DNA of 64,000 nucleotides from Yuukianura sp. NJ FZ-2021 (Eukaryota): the NCBI GenBank assembly GCA_046563655.1, contig CM102289.1:186001-250000 (forward strand), read 5' to 3'. A model generated the notes under the pieces. It saw only the letters and a program-made list of their open reading frames with translations, did no database searches and was not told the origin of the DNA. This document shows, piece after piece, positions 1-11,700 of this stretch (positions are counted from its first letter, which is position 1; each line of letters starts with the position of its first letter). Made by a program: the position numbers and the translations under genes.

Positions 1-91
1 CTCAACTTCTCAACTACAATTCACTTACGCCCTCAGTCAAATACGTTTTTCAAAAACCAAAACAATTGACATACTAAACTATTGAGTTTTT

Positions 92-190
92 AATAATATT
101 TGCAATAATATTTTCAATAATATTTGCAATAATATTTGCAATAATATTTGCAATAATATTTGCAATAATATTTTCAATAATATTTTGAAT
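92..190. repeat. Minisatellite, 12-bp unit AATAATATTT(G/T)C, about 8 copies
   Basis: Direct tandem repetition visible in the sequence. Confidence 0.9.
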
Positions 191-791
191 AGCTCATGTT
201 CCAATCAGATTACTCTTAGACGCGAATTTTGGCTGAAATTGATGTTTTGCAGAAAGAATCAAAACAAATGTAGGAATGAAAACAAATTCCACGAACTTTG
301 ATTTGCTAATCTTTGACATGAAAAATATGAACAACTTTATGACAAAACAGCAAAATTCGACACAATTTGAAAATTAGTTAATCTTGATGGACTACAAATT
401 CAAACTAAAAAGTTGTTGACGCAGTGGACGTGTTGAAGTTGTTGTTTCCACTAATTTATCAGTTCCGCTGGAAATGCTGTTTTTCGAAATAAGCATTTCC
501 AACATCCCGCTGCAAAATACAAAAATAACATCAACAATCCAACTGCGCATCTTGCTACGTGACCAAGAATTGATCAATCTCTGGAATATTTTTCCAGTTT
601 AATCCAAAACATACAAACAGTATAAAACAAACGACTTTGGTTGCATTGTCAGGCCAAGTCTACTTTCCGAAAAACCACAATTTCACACAAACCTACCAAA
701 GAACTTTAAAAAGTCTTTCCAATTTTTAATTTTGAACTTTGAAAAATCTTTCCAATTTTTAACTTTGAACAAATTTTGGAGCTTGAGCAAA

Positions 792-1205
792 ATGAATAAA
801 CAAATTCTGCTAATTGCTATCCTGTTTGCAACTGTTGCATTTGTTGCCAGTGCCCGTGCTAGAGGAGTTGCCGCTGGTGAGTCATTTAAATTTTTAAATT
901 TTGAATTCAAATTTTGAATTTGAAAATTTCATTGAAATTTCAGGATCTTCGAAAGATGGTGAAAAGGAGGTTGTTGTGAAAGCAGAGAAAGAAGGAAACT
1001 CAAAGGCTCTTGGTTGGTTTCCTTGTCCTGGAAACTGTGGACACATTGGCTGTTACTATCCACCCTACTACTACTGTAACCCATATTACAATTTCAAAAA
1101 AAAAAAATCAAATTTTCAAAATTTTCAAAACAGTTAATGTAGAACAATATTGTTTCAGGTACGTGCTACTTGCCATACTGCGACAGTTGCTACTGCCACA
1201 ACTAA
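792..1205 (+). CDS. Small secreted Cys-rich peptide precursor (3 exons), defensin/knottin-like
   Basis: Signal peptide MNKQILLIAILFATVAFVASA, charged pro-region, GT-AG introns ~877-943 and ~1076-1158. Spliced C-terminus WFPCPGNCGHIGCYYPPYYYCTCYLPYCDSCYCHN* has 8 Cys. AATAAA near 1306. Confidence 0.8.
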
Positions 1206-1633
1206 AACTACAAAGCACTGCTACACAATACGATACTGAGATTTTTAGTTTTCTAAAAATTATCATAAGTTAAAAACATTGTATTTAGTAATTTATATTC
1301 GTAGAAATAAAAACAGTGTAGACTAAAAGCAGAAATTTGTGAATTTCTATTCCTCATGACTTTTTTTTATTGTGTTGTGAACACGATGCCTGGAGAAAGT
1401 GACCGAGTGCTGGAGAATCTGTGTTCGGGAGAAGATTTTGATAGGGTGGATCAATACATTCGAATTCCTGGACACTTTCACTCTCCACTTTCTCTGCGCA
1501 TCTCAACATGATCACAATCACAGTGGAAATCAAAAGTTATAAAAAGTATTGCCAGTACTGGAAGTATTTCCAGTATTTAGTCAACTGTTTAGAATCAACT
1601 ACAACATTGGTGAATCACATCAACTGTTGTAAG

Positions 1634-3297
1634 ATGCCGATCAGAGAGAGTGAGAGTCAGACGAGTGGAGATTTGTCCAGTGTTTTCTCCATGCCCCTCA
1701 GTCGCTCTCTGCCCAACCCATTTCCATGGCAACCACCAACACTCTCAGCCAGTCGATGGCCATCTCTCACCGGCAGAACCTCAATCTGGACAAAGTCAAC
1801 ATTTCAAACAATTTGTCTATATTTCTAACATTTCAAACACTTTTACTCATTTCACTTTTGGTTTTTGAAAAATGAGTGACTTAAACTTTGAATTGCAGGT
1901 ATTGTCTACTGTGTACTGCGTGTGGTACTGCTGCAACTCTCCTCGCAGCCATTTTCCTCATCATCGCTGCTCTTCTGCGCTACCACACTACGTCTATCTA
2001 CTACTTTGAAACTGTACCCACATATCTACCATCCATACTCGTAAATAACTTTTTCTAAAAGTAACAGTTTTCATCATTCCAACTTATTTCTAAAGGGAAA
2101 ATTTGGTTTGATTCAGCTTTCCATTTGCGGTGTGAGCACAATAGCCTTCTCATGCAAGAGAAACAGAAACATCATTCTGGTAAACGAATGTGTATATTCC
2201 TAGGAGTAACTTTTAGTTTTCTCCTTTCGTGCAACATTAAGTTGCTGGAATTGGAAATTGTGGAAGTAAATGCTTGAAATGTTTGTAGTTAAGGATCACT
2301 GCGTGTTGGTCTTTGGTGAGTGCTGCCCTGTCTTCCGTCATCACCATAACAACGAGTCTCATCCACATGAACAGACTCCAGACACTCAAAGAGTGCGTCT
2401 ACACACGCAACCCACCCAGTTGCACTTGCTTCGGACACTTCAACGGAATAGAAGGCATGTCTCCACCAGCAGAACGTAACTTAATAACTCAACTTTCACA
2501 TTTAATCAATGTTCTCACATTCCAAACATAGTACAAATATTCTTATTTGGAATGCTAGCTCATCACTTTGTGTTTGAGAATACTGCCGACTGTGATGTGA
2601 TCCATGGGGTGCTCTACTCCTGTCTCCGGGCAGTATTCGCAGTATCTGTTGTCGCAGTGCTCCTCTCCATCTTCCTCTGCATGCTCCTCCATCAACTCAT
2701 TGGGTAAGTTCAAATACTGCCAATACTAGCCAAGTATCCCCCAAAATGCTCCCAATACTTCCAAATACTACGGTAATACAAATTTGAAGTCTAATTTTGT
2801 TTTAAGACATGAGCGGAAAAAGGCGTACTGGTCGCGTATTCGCAGAATTAATAGTGACTGGAGCTCAGACTTTTTGAGTTGCCTCGCCAGGTATGTTTTA
2901 CGGCAAATTTAGAACAGTTTTAACCTAGTGTTAAAATATTGTTTCAACATTATTTTAACTTTGTTTTAACATGTTGAACAGGCCACTTCCTTCCGACCGG
3001 TCCATTCTACCTTTGATTGCGTCCAGCTCCACGTCGACTGGGATGAGTTGCTCCATGGTGGCCATTGGCCCTGTGAACTCCACCCTCTGGGGCCCACCGC
3101 CCCCCTACCAGCTAAGCGACGCTCCATTTCCATTCACCACAACAGACGCTAGACCTGGCTCAATCACGAGGTCAATCGTACCTGACACTCCCCCTCTGGA
3201 TGCAGCACATACTGCACAAGTATCTACTGCACCACATACTGCCCAAGTATCCACTTCAGAGCACATTCCAACTGCCCCAGCTGAATCTTGTAGTTAA
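1634..3297 (+). CDS. Four-pass CD20-like membrane protein with PPxY tail (FAM189/ENTREP-like); true start may be further upstream
   Basis: 7 in-frame exons; TM segments TAATLLAAIFLIIAALL and AVFAVSVVAVLLSIFLCMLL; Cys loop HMNRLQTLKECVYTRNPPSCTC...DCDVIHGVLYSCLR; tail WGPPPPY. Confidence 0.65.
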
Positions 3298-3533
3298 AAC
3301 GTTGTGCTAAGTGTTAAGAATAGTCACACAGTAAACTCACACACAACGACATTTCTAATAATATCCAACAAAATCATTGTTCAGAGCTCAGTCGCATCAA
3401 TTAGTGCATTTGGTGGTCAAAATTTATTTGATTGTTTAACATTTTCCGCAAATTCCGCAAAAGTTGGATGAGTTTGGGGTAATTCCGGTAAGGGGATTGA
3501 AATTTTGGAAACTGAGTGGGTACGGTTGAAATT

Positions 3534-4082
3534 TCAGCAAGGAGAGCCAGGCGGGTAGCAGATCTTCATGTTGTCGGGGCTCCCAGGAGAGGCAGGTCCA
3601 CAGCAGTAGCCGGAGGGGCAGGGGGTGGGTCCACCAGCTCCACACCCATTCGTCCGGAACTTCTGCTTGTTCTGGGGTACACGTATATTTTATTAATATA
3701 TATTATAATTAATTAATTATTTAAAATGTTACTCTGATTGCGTCTGCTTGTGTCCGAGTGTATATGGCCCGTCCTCTACGGCTCACTGGACAACTGGAAG
3801 CATGACACTTGCAGTTGTACGAGTACTCCTTGATGTCACAGGAAGACGTGATCCCACTACAGCCCTTTGCACGCAGGCGATCTTCGCATCGGCGCCTAGC
3901 AACGGCAGCTTGTTGCTCTAAAAGTTCAAATATTCTTGAAACATTTCAATATAACGGTAAAACAATTAGATATAATGTAAAATTGTGGAGGAGTTAGAAA
4001 TGCATCTGTAGTTACCCATGCTTTGCCCAGCACAAAGTACAAACAACGCCGTACAGACCACAATTCCAGCCAAATATCCCAT
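3534..4082 (-). CDS. Secreted two-module Cys-rich peptide precursor (3 exons)
   Basis: Spliced model: MGYLAGIVVCTALFVLCAGQSMEQQAAVARRRCEDRLRAKGCSGITSSCDIKEYSYNCKCHASSCPVSRRGRAIYTRTQADAIRNKQKFRTNGCGAGGPTPCPSGYCCGPASPGSPDNMKICYPPGSPC*. Confidence 0.75.
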
Positions 4083-5439
4083 GGTTTACGTTAATTCTTT
4101 GGACTTGAAGGTTAACCGGTTGCAGGACTCGAACTGAGTCCAGATTTGAAGGAAATATTAGAAATTGATTTAGCGGAAACAGGGTAAACATTTTCCTTGT
4201 TCCACACAGGAAATTTCAATTGAATTTAGAGGGTTTTTGTGGTTGTCGGTGGAAATGAAGTGAACTTTGTTCGTGGTTTTCAAATTCCGAGGCTAAAAAT
4301 AAATCTAAAGTGAATGTAAATCCAACTATTTCATAAACACTGCTTTTATTCATCATTCCACATGCACTCATGCATAAATTTGTAAAGAAAACTGAAATTC
4401 CAAAATGAGGATTTTAAAATAGATACTAGCCGAAAATGGACATAATTTTTTTGAAAAGCTAATTTTAGAAAATCCATTCTGAGGAAAATTATGGTTAAAC
4501 TGGGAAAATTTAAAACCACATAATCTCATCCTTGATTTGCACTTTGACAAATAGCCATTGTCTTCCGCTGTAATGCAAAAGTGGAAGTTAAGTTCGTGAC
4601 ATTTTAAATGTCATGGAAATTAATAGCCGTTTAATGCATAAGTTAATTGAGTGGGTGGAAATTAAATTTAACAGCTCCATTGTTAGTTAACTAAAAGTTA
4701 GCACATGTAGTGTATCGATCTAAATTTCTTAGAGATCAAAGTACCGTGAGTCACGGCCAAAGTCTATCGAAATTTAGTCACTTTTGTTTGCTATATCACA
4801 TAACTTCACTTCCTCCATTCTCAAAATCAAGTACCGTAAACATCCAAATACAAGGACAACTTTTGGTCAAGTTATCAACTACTTAATTTTGGAAAAAATT
4901 TCAACATTTTTAGACATTTTGCTGTTTGTTTAATCCAAACTTTGCGGAAAAGTAAAATCTTAGTCACCCAAATAGAAAAGTCGACTTATGTAACAGTTTG
5001 TCCCTAAAATGACTATTTCTCATGCGTTGAAATGCGGCAAATGCTATTTGTCACCTGGTATTTACCACCCGCAATACAGTGCGTAAGAGCGGAAAGTGAC
5101 GGTATTTTCAAAGCAATTTGTAGCGTCAGTTTATCTTATCACTCTTAAGTTGAATTTGCTCTTTCGTGTGTCAACAGCAACTGGATCATGGACTGAACTT
5201 TGCAGTTGCTTTCAGCAGTTGAATGTACTTTTGCTTTTCAAAGTTCACTATTTTTCAACTCACGCTGCAACTCAACTAAAATTAGTTTTTGAAACTTGAT
5301 GTTCAACCTTGAGTCAACCTAGGCCTGCTTTCTCTATCTTAAAATAGATTTTCAAAACAAAAGTTTCCAAAACAAAAGTTTTTGAAACCACTCATCAGTT
5401 GGGCATTCAAGACAGAAAATCTAAGTCTCTGAAATCTAA

Positions 5440-6359
5440 ATGGTTTTGAATCAGTCCATAATCAGGAAAACTCTCCTCGTGTTTGGCGTCCTTAGTTTGG
5501 TATTTGACAATATTTAATTCTTTTTAAAAATAAAATTTAATAAGTTAATATATTTAATTGTGTTTTAGTTTGTGAGTGTTGGTGCCATTGTGATTTGGGC
5601 TGGAAATTGCTACGATGTTTTCCTCTTGTCTGACGCGAGACAGAACATTCGTATGTTCATTTTGCGCCAGGTAGACAGAGACTTAGAGCGAGCACTGGAC
5701 CAGCACTTTCCTGGTCCACGCGGTAACCGTGGTTACATCAACGTCGTGGAACCAGATGACTTTCTACCACCATTCCAGAAACCAATGGTCTTCATGTCTG
5801 TTGGAGCGGGAACTATCCTGGGACAAGCAATTCAATTCCTACTCGCAATTTGGTTGCTCATTGTAGTCAAGTCGGTAAGCTAAATACTACACCAAGCCTA
5901 AATATTAAAAAAATAAGGCGAGGTAGCGGGATTCGAACCCGTAGCCCCAATTTCACAGGAAACGCGCTAACCAATCCACTAATGCAATACTTTAATTTTT
6001 TGTTATTTTTGGAACAGGACAGTCACCCTGGTGTTCGTGTGTGGTTAATCGGGACTCTGCTGATAGTGATAGGAACTGCGGCTGGGCTGATTGTGCTGGT
6101 AGTCATGACGACGTTCCATGGCAACGCCGTAGCAACGAGTGCTTTCATAATTGGTTTCTATGCCATCGGTCTCGTGGTAGCCTTCAAGTATCGACCAGGA
6201 ATAACCGTCAATTTGGAAATGCCAAAGAGTCCGGACATCAAACTCAAAAAATCGGCGGATTGGGACTCTGTCAAAAATTCAACCGTTTACAAACCAGTTG
6301 TTGAATCCAAAGCAGCAGTTTCATCGTGTTGTGGCGATGTAGTTTCATGCTTACTTTAG
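5440..6359 (+). CDS. Four-TM membrane protein (LAPTM/DUF4728-like topology), 3 exons
   Basis: ATG at 5440, introns ~5500-5568 and ~5875-6017, four hydrophobic segments and a short polar tail. Confidence 0.65.
5905..5985 (-). repeat. tRNA-derived SINE-like head / tRNA pseudogene fragment in an intron
   Basis: Minus strand TGGTTAGCGCG...GGGTTCGAATCCCGCT (B box) followed by a T run. Confidence 0.5.
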
Positions 6360-6628
6360 ATTCAACTTTACTCTGTATTTAAATACTGTTTTAACTCAGT
6401 TTTAACTTGGGTTGAAACCAACTTCTAAATTATTTTTTAACTTTGCAACGATTTCCACCGGAAAAAAGAAACAAATTTTGTAGAAAAGTTTGTTTGCGAC
6501 GTGCAAAAATATATTAATATTCACAAGTATTTTTAGTACGACTCTTCGGAGGAAATAAATATTATATGAATAACATGTAATATATAAAATTATTATAATA
6601 TATTATGAGAATAATATATTACTATAGA

Positions 6629-7165
6629 TTATATTGGACAGCATGCGCAGTATCTGCTCCAGTTGTTTGGTTGCATGAGACAGCGGTATCCTTTGTACTT
6701 CCCTCCACACGAGTCTCCGTGAAATTTGCAGTTGCAACTTGAATCCAAAGTACATAAGGGGTACTGATCGCCGTTTTCTTCGTAGCCGGTCTGTCCAAAA
6801 TTTTGGTACAAAGTTTTGAAAATTTGAAAATTTTGAGAAACTGAAAATTTTTTGGGAAACTTGTGTTTAAATGTTGGTTTGAGGCTTACAATTGGTCCAT
6901 TTTGGTTGCATCCCTTTGGCGGGCATTTGCACTTGAATGCTGATTGGACGGTGGGATCCCAAGCTGGACTGGAATCACAAATTGCTTCAGGACATGTGAG
7001 ATCGCAAACGAAATTCCCACCGTAGTACACGTCCAACTTCAAATGAGGAGTCTTTTCCCGCATTTTGTTTGTTCGCATGCATTCGATTCTATCAAAACTT
7101 TGGGCTTGCGTTGCCAGGCAACAAAACGCAGAGACAATCAAACAGAAAAACAGAAAGTTTCTCAT
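6629..7165 (-). CDS. Secreted Cys-rich protein, probably 2 exons
   Basis: Signal peptide MRNFLFFCLIVSAFCCLATQA, many Cys, probable in-frame intron ~6792-6889, ends RYCACCPI*. Confidence 0.75.
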   Translation of the reverse strand: MRNFLFFCLIVSAFCCLATQAQSFDRIECMRTNKMREKTPHLKLDVYYGGNFVCDLTCPEAICDSSPAWDPTVQSAFKCKCPPKGCNQNGPIVSLKPTFKHKFPKKFSVSQNFQIFKTLYQNFGQTGYEENGDQYPLCTLDSSCNCKFHGDSCGGKYKGYRCLMQPNNWSRYCACCPI

Positions 7166-8736
7166 TTTTAAAAGATTTAGCGGAAGAAAAAACTTTAGGG
7201 GTTGACAATGCAAGCAATACTGGTTTGTCTAAAAATTACTCCAAACCCTTACTTTTTAAACTAAAAATAAGTTTTTGTAAGCCTTTCCCTCAAGCAACAA
7301 AAGTAATTTTTAAAATGATAAATTCCCTAAGCTCATTCACTTTGTCCGTCCGTCTGCCGTGTACAATGAATCGTACGCGTCTTATTCTTTCACGCCTACA
7401 GTGAGAACAGACTAAATTTGCAGAAATTTAGCAGAAAACAAAAATTTTTAGAATGAATACACACTAGTTTTATGGTGTTGTATTGGCCATGTTCTGAGTG
7501 CTGAATTTCGTAGTTGAGTGAAAAAACTGAAACTATTTGTATATATGTGCAGAGCATGAATACATTACTAAATTAGGCGGATGATTAACATAGAGAATGA
7601 AGTGAATCCATACAACGGTCGGAATGTTTTGCAGTGTATTTTTGTGTTGTAAAAGTAGAAGTATTTTTTGTTGTTAGGGAGGAGTGGAGTACGTGAGTTT
7701 TAGTAATGTTGGGAGAGTAGGGGACAAGTTTAGAAAGGGGAGAAGTGTTGCTATGCCTTTGAACATTCGGAGTACAAGAGTTGAAATGTAATGCAGAATT
7801 GGAGAGTACACGAAGAAGGAGAGTAGAAGCCCCTGCTACTTTTAGTACTTGTAGCCTTTTCCAATATTTTTTGTGAGTTGGGACACGGGAGGGCGGTTTC
7901 CGCAGGATGCGGATATAAGTGTAGCAGTAAGCAAGGAGAAAGACACGTTGACAAAGTGCCTCTACTTCTTCCACAACAACTACATCAACTTAAGGTATGT
8001 CCACCAATTAACTACTTAATTAACACTATTTGTAGTGTACTATATAATAGTTATACAGCACTCTACTTCAATGTTTCATTACAATTGTTTTTGGTAATGT
8101 AAACTGTAGTATTGTGCTTGTAATGTACAAATATTTGTTGTAGAGAAGAGAAAGATGGTGGATAAAGCACACGTAGATGCTCATATGTACGTTACTTACC
8201 TTTGGCCTAACGTTACATTCGTTATTCTTACAGAATAACGTTTTACAGTCGTTATTCTTACGTGATATAGTTTACCGGTAGTTAAATTTACGGGTTACCA
8301 TTACCAATACGCAAATTTACGCCAATTACATGCAATATTAGGTAATGCGCAATCAGCCGTTTCCGCTGTATCCGCTTTTTAGCTACCCCCAATCTTTTTT
8401 TTTGGTTGACGCAAATAGAAGTACTTCCAGTGTAATCACCTTCATTATTTGTTTAGAGGCAGCAGTTAGAATACGTGCTTACAATCCAATCGTTTTCTTT
8501 AAGTATTTTTCAGTTTTGTATCTATTTAATTCTAACTACTACTCGGTGTAACTGCAGGGTGGTTACAAACAGTGCGTCTGTGTTTAAACTCTATGGTTAC
8601 AATGGATCTAATCCAGGTTTATGTCAACCTTGAATTCATTGAATTTACATTGTTAGTAAATTTAACTTTCAAAAAACGATGTAAGCAATACTCTAACCAA
8701 CACTTTTTGTTTAGAGTTGTAGCTAATTGAAATATC

Positions 8737-11700
8737 ATGGAAGGACCCGTTATAAAGGACTCCTATTCGTTACCGAATGATGAACATCTACATCCATCCC
8801 TCATCATCAAAAAGGAACGACCGGATGGTGGAGAAGAGAGCGACAAAGTTCTGCAGTTCAAACTCGCTCTGCAGCGAATTCCTGTTTCAGAAGTCATCAC
8901 TGTTGGAGCAAACAACGACGACGAACGACCACAAATCGTCCAACAGGATCCCAGAACTATCGAACTCATAGATCTGTCGATCTCTGACGACGAAGAAGAC
9001 CTCCCTCCTCCTCCTCAGATGCAAACAGCTCCTCCTCCTCCTCCTGCTCAGGTTCAATCAGAAGTCGTCCCGCCACCACGCAAACGACACGGTGACGATC
9101 TCAACTGGAAAGTCACGATAACACCACAGACTGTACCACAGGAACGACCAGTTACCAGAGAAGAACCGTCGTCCACAGTTGACATTCGACACACAAACAC
9201 ATCAGCTGTTCCCTCTCCACAAGTGGATGAAGAAGAGTTGGACTACGCTGCTGCCATGAGCTCACTCGAACTTCATTTCGACGAGACTGATCAGCGATTC
9301 AGCGATTTAGCGTCAATGGAAGGCCGAAACGAACAGGAATACTTGCAACCACGGCGCAGCCTCCCTTACACGGAAGAGGAGAAACGAATTGCCCTGGAAG
9401 GGAACAAAGACTTTGACTACCGAACAAGACTGGATGAACATGGAGAAGAAAAGTACGCCATTTTCAAGTGTCCAAAGTGCCCCACTGGATTTCCACGGAT
9501 GCATCACTACTTGGTACACTTGAGAAGTCATGGACGAAAAACTGGGAATTTCAAGTGTCCTGACTGTGACCTCGTCGCTGCCAATTCCGCCTTCTTGGCC
9601 AATCACTTGGAGAGACATCAGTTACAACGAGAGCCAGAAATATTCGGTAAGCAACGACAACAAAACGTTATGTGCAATCCATGACGAGCGCGAAATTGGA
9701 ACGTTTTTAAACGGCAGTGTAGGTATGGCCGTCTATTCCTCAGACAAGCAGCTTAAGTTTTGTAACCATTAAAAGTCTGAGGATTAGTCACTTTTTCTAA
9801 CCACTTAATCAAATAGATAATTAATTGTAAAAATTAAGTTAAAGTTTAAGTATTTGAGTTCAATTGATGTTGTTGTTTCAGATATGACACTTGGACGAAT
9901 TCCGAGTCGTGCCACTGAGAAGTTGCCATTGCCAACTCCAACGCGATTGGCCTCTGCCAAGAGACATAACAATGTGTTGCTCACACCTCCGCCAGAATCA
10001 CCAGTTCATGCCAGAAGAGCGAGAAGTACAAGTCCAGTGGGAACTTCTGGCCTTGACATGGACATGGACATGGAAGAACCCACGTCAGCTGACAGCGGCA
10101 CAGAGGCAGATCGAATAGAAGCCAGGAAAGGGAACCCCAACATTGTTTACCGCAGAGGTCGAAGGTCACATCCCAACGGACGGACTTACGAGAGAACAAG
10201 CTACAAGTGTCTGGACTGTCCTTACTCCAACGAAAAGTACGAAATCTACTTGAATCATGTGGAAGGTCACAGAGAGGAACGACCTTACCCCTGTGACCAG
10301 TGCACCTTCTCAGCCAAAACTCAAAAGTACTTGGATAGACATGTACTGCTCCACACTTATCAGCTGGACCAACCTTTGGATATGGACACAGGTAACATGT
10401 CAACATGTCACGTTGTCACATACTTAGCTCAATTACTTTATGGATTTTAGGTTGGATTTATGGATTTTTTTATGGATTTGTGGACTTTTGGATGGATTTG
10501 TTTATAGATATATGGATTTTTAGATGGATTTATTTATTGATTATGTTTTTATTTATGGATTTAGGACTCGTGGATGACTCTGATGATCCATTCTGGACTC
10601 TTGGAGCTGGAAGAAAGCGGAAGCGGCGAGGAAGTGGGCCTGGACGGCCTCCAAAAGTGTTTGGCAGTCGGACGTCCACTTCTGTCCAATGTCCAAAGTG
10701 TCCGTCCAAACTGTCCGGTCCACTCAACTTGAAGATTCATTTGAAACAACATGGGAAGACTGGGTTGAAGTTCAACTGCTCCTACTGTGACTATGCATCC
10801 AACCGAGATGACTACATGCGGAATCACATGGATGCCCATGTCAACTCTGTCAACAATGCATCGCTTTCTTCCTCTCCCAGTTTCGGAGATACCAGTTCTG
10901 CATCGTCAAGTGAGTTCTCAACTTTTTCACTTTTAACTTAAAACTAAAATTGTGAAATTAACTTGCAGATCATGAGACGAACGGAGCCCTTCCTGAAACT
11001 CTGACTGCGGAAGAATACGACAAGTTGATTGCTGGAAATCCGAAGTTTAGTTACATGACAGTGACGACGAGTGGACAGCCCCTTCCCGTGGAGACTTCGT
11101 TCAAGTGCTGGCATTGCCCTTATGCCACTGCCAAGTACTCATTCCTAGTAACCCACCAACAGAGACACGAAGTCAACTCCAAGTATGGATGCAACCAATG
11201 CACTTACTCTGCCTCATCCATCCAGGCACTCAAAAACCACAAGTTGGCACACACCATTCAACATGCACAAAGCAACAGAACAACCAATGGACAATCAATC
11301 TCCTTCCGCGGAGGTCAGCTCGCGATTTGCTTTTATAAATAAAACATTTCATTTAGTTTATGTTATTCAATTTGTTAAATATTTTATTCCTTTCAGAAAC
11401 TTTACGGCCGCGCCCCTCACCCTCGCCATCTCTCTCTTCTACTTCGACTATGTCTTCCCCAGCTTCTTCTGTTCACGAATCACGCGCAGAGGTGAGGCAC
11501 TTTTTTTAAGGAAATCTTTCAAAACTCTTACTTTTTTTGAAGAAACTTTTGATTTTGTGATGTTTTAATGTTTAGTCTGGTCAGTTTTTCATCTCGAATA
11601 TCCGAATTACGCACATCATGGCGATGAACCAAGAACCGACGGTGGCCGATGTGTCTACTCATGGAATTCTAAAGTTGAAGGTTAATTAATTAATGTATAA

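Noticed and set aside
1386..1511. Short ORF MPGESDRVLENL... upstream of the CD20-like gene
   Set aside because: Ends in TGA and could not be spliced confidently to the downstream exons
7585..8340. 129-aa ORF and short TTAC-rich repeats upstream of the zinc-finger gene
   Set aside because: No recognisable domain, TIR pair or TSD; perhaps a decayed repeat but unsupported
10437..10563. Hydrophobic ORF segment (WILGWIYGFFYGF...) suggesting a TM helix in the zinc-finger protein
   Set aside because: Intronic ATGGATTT repeat; similar low-complexity sequence at 34340-34430
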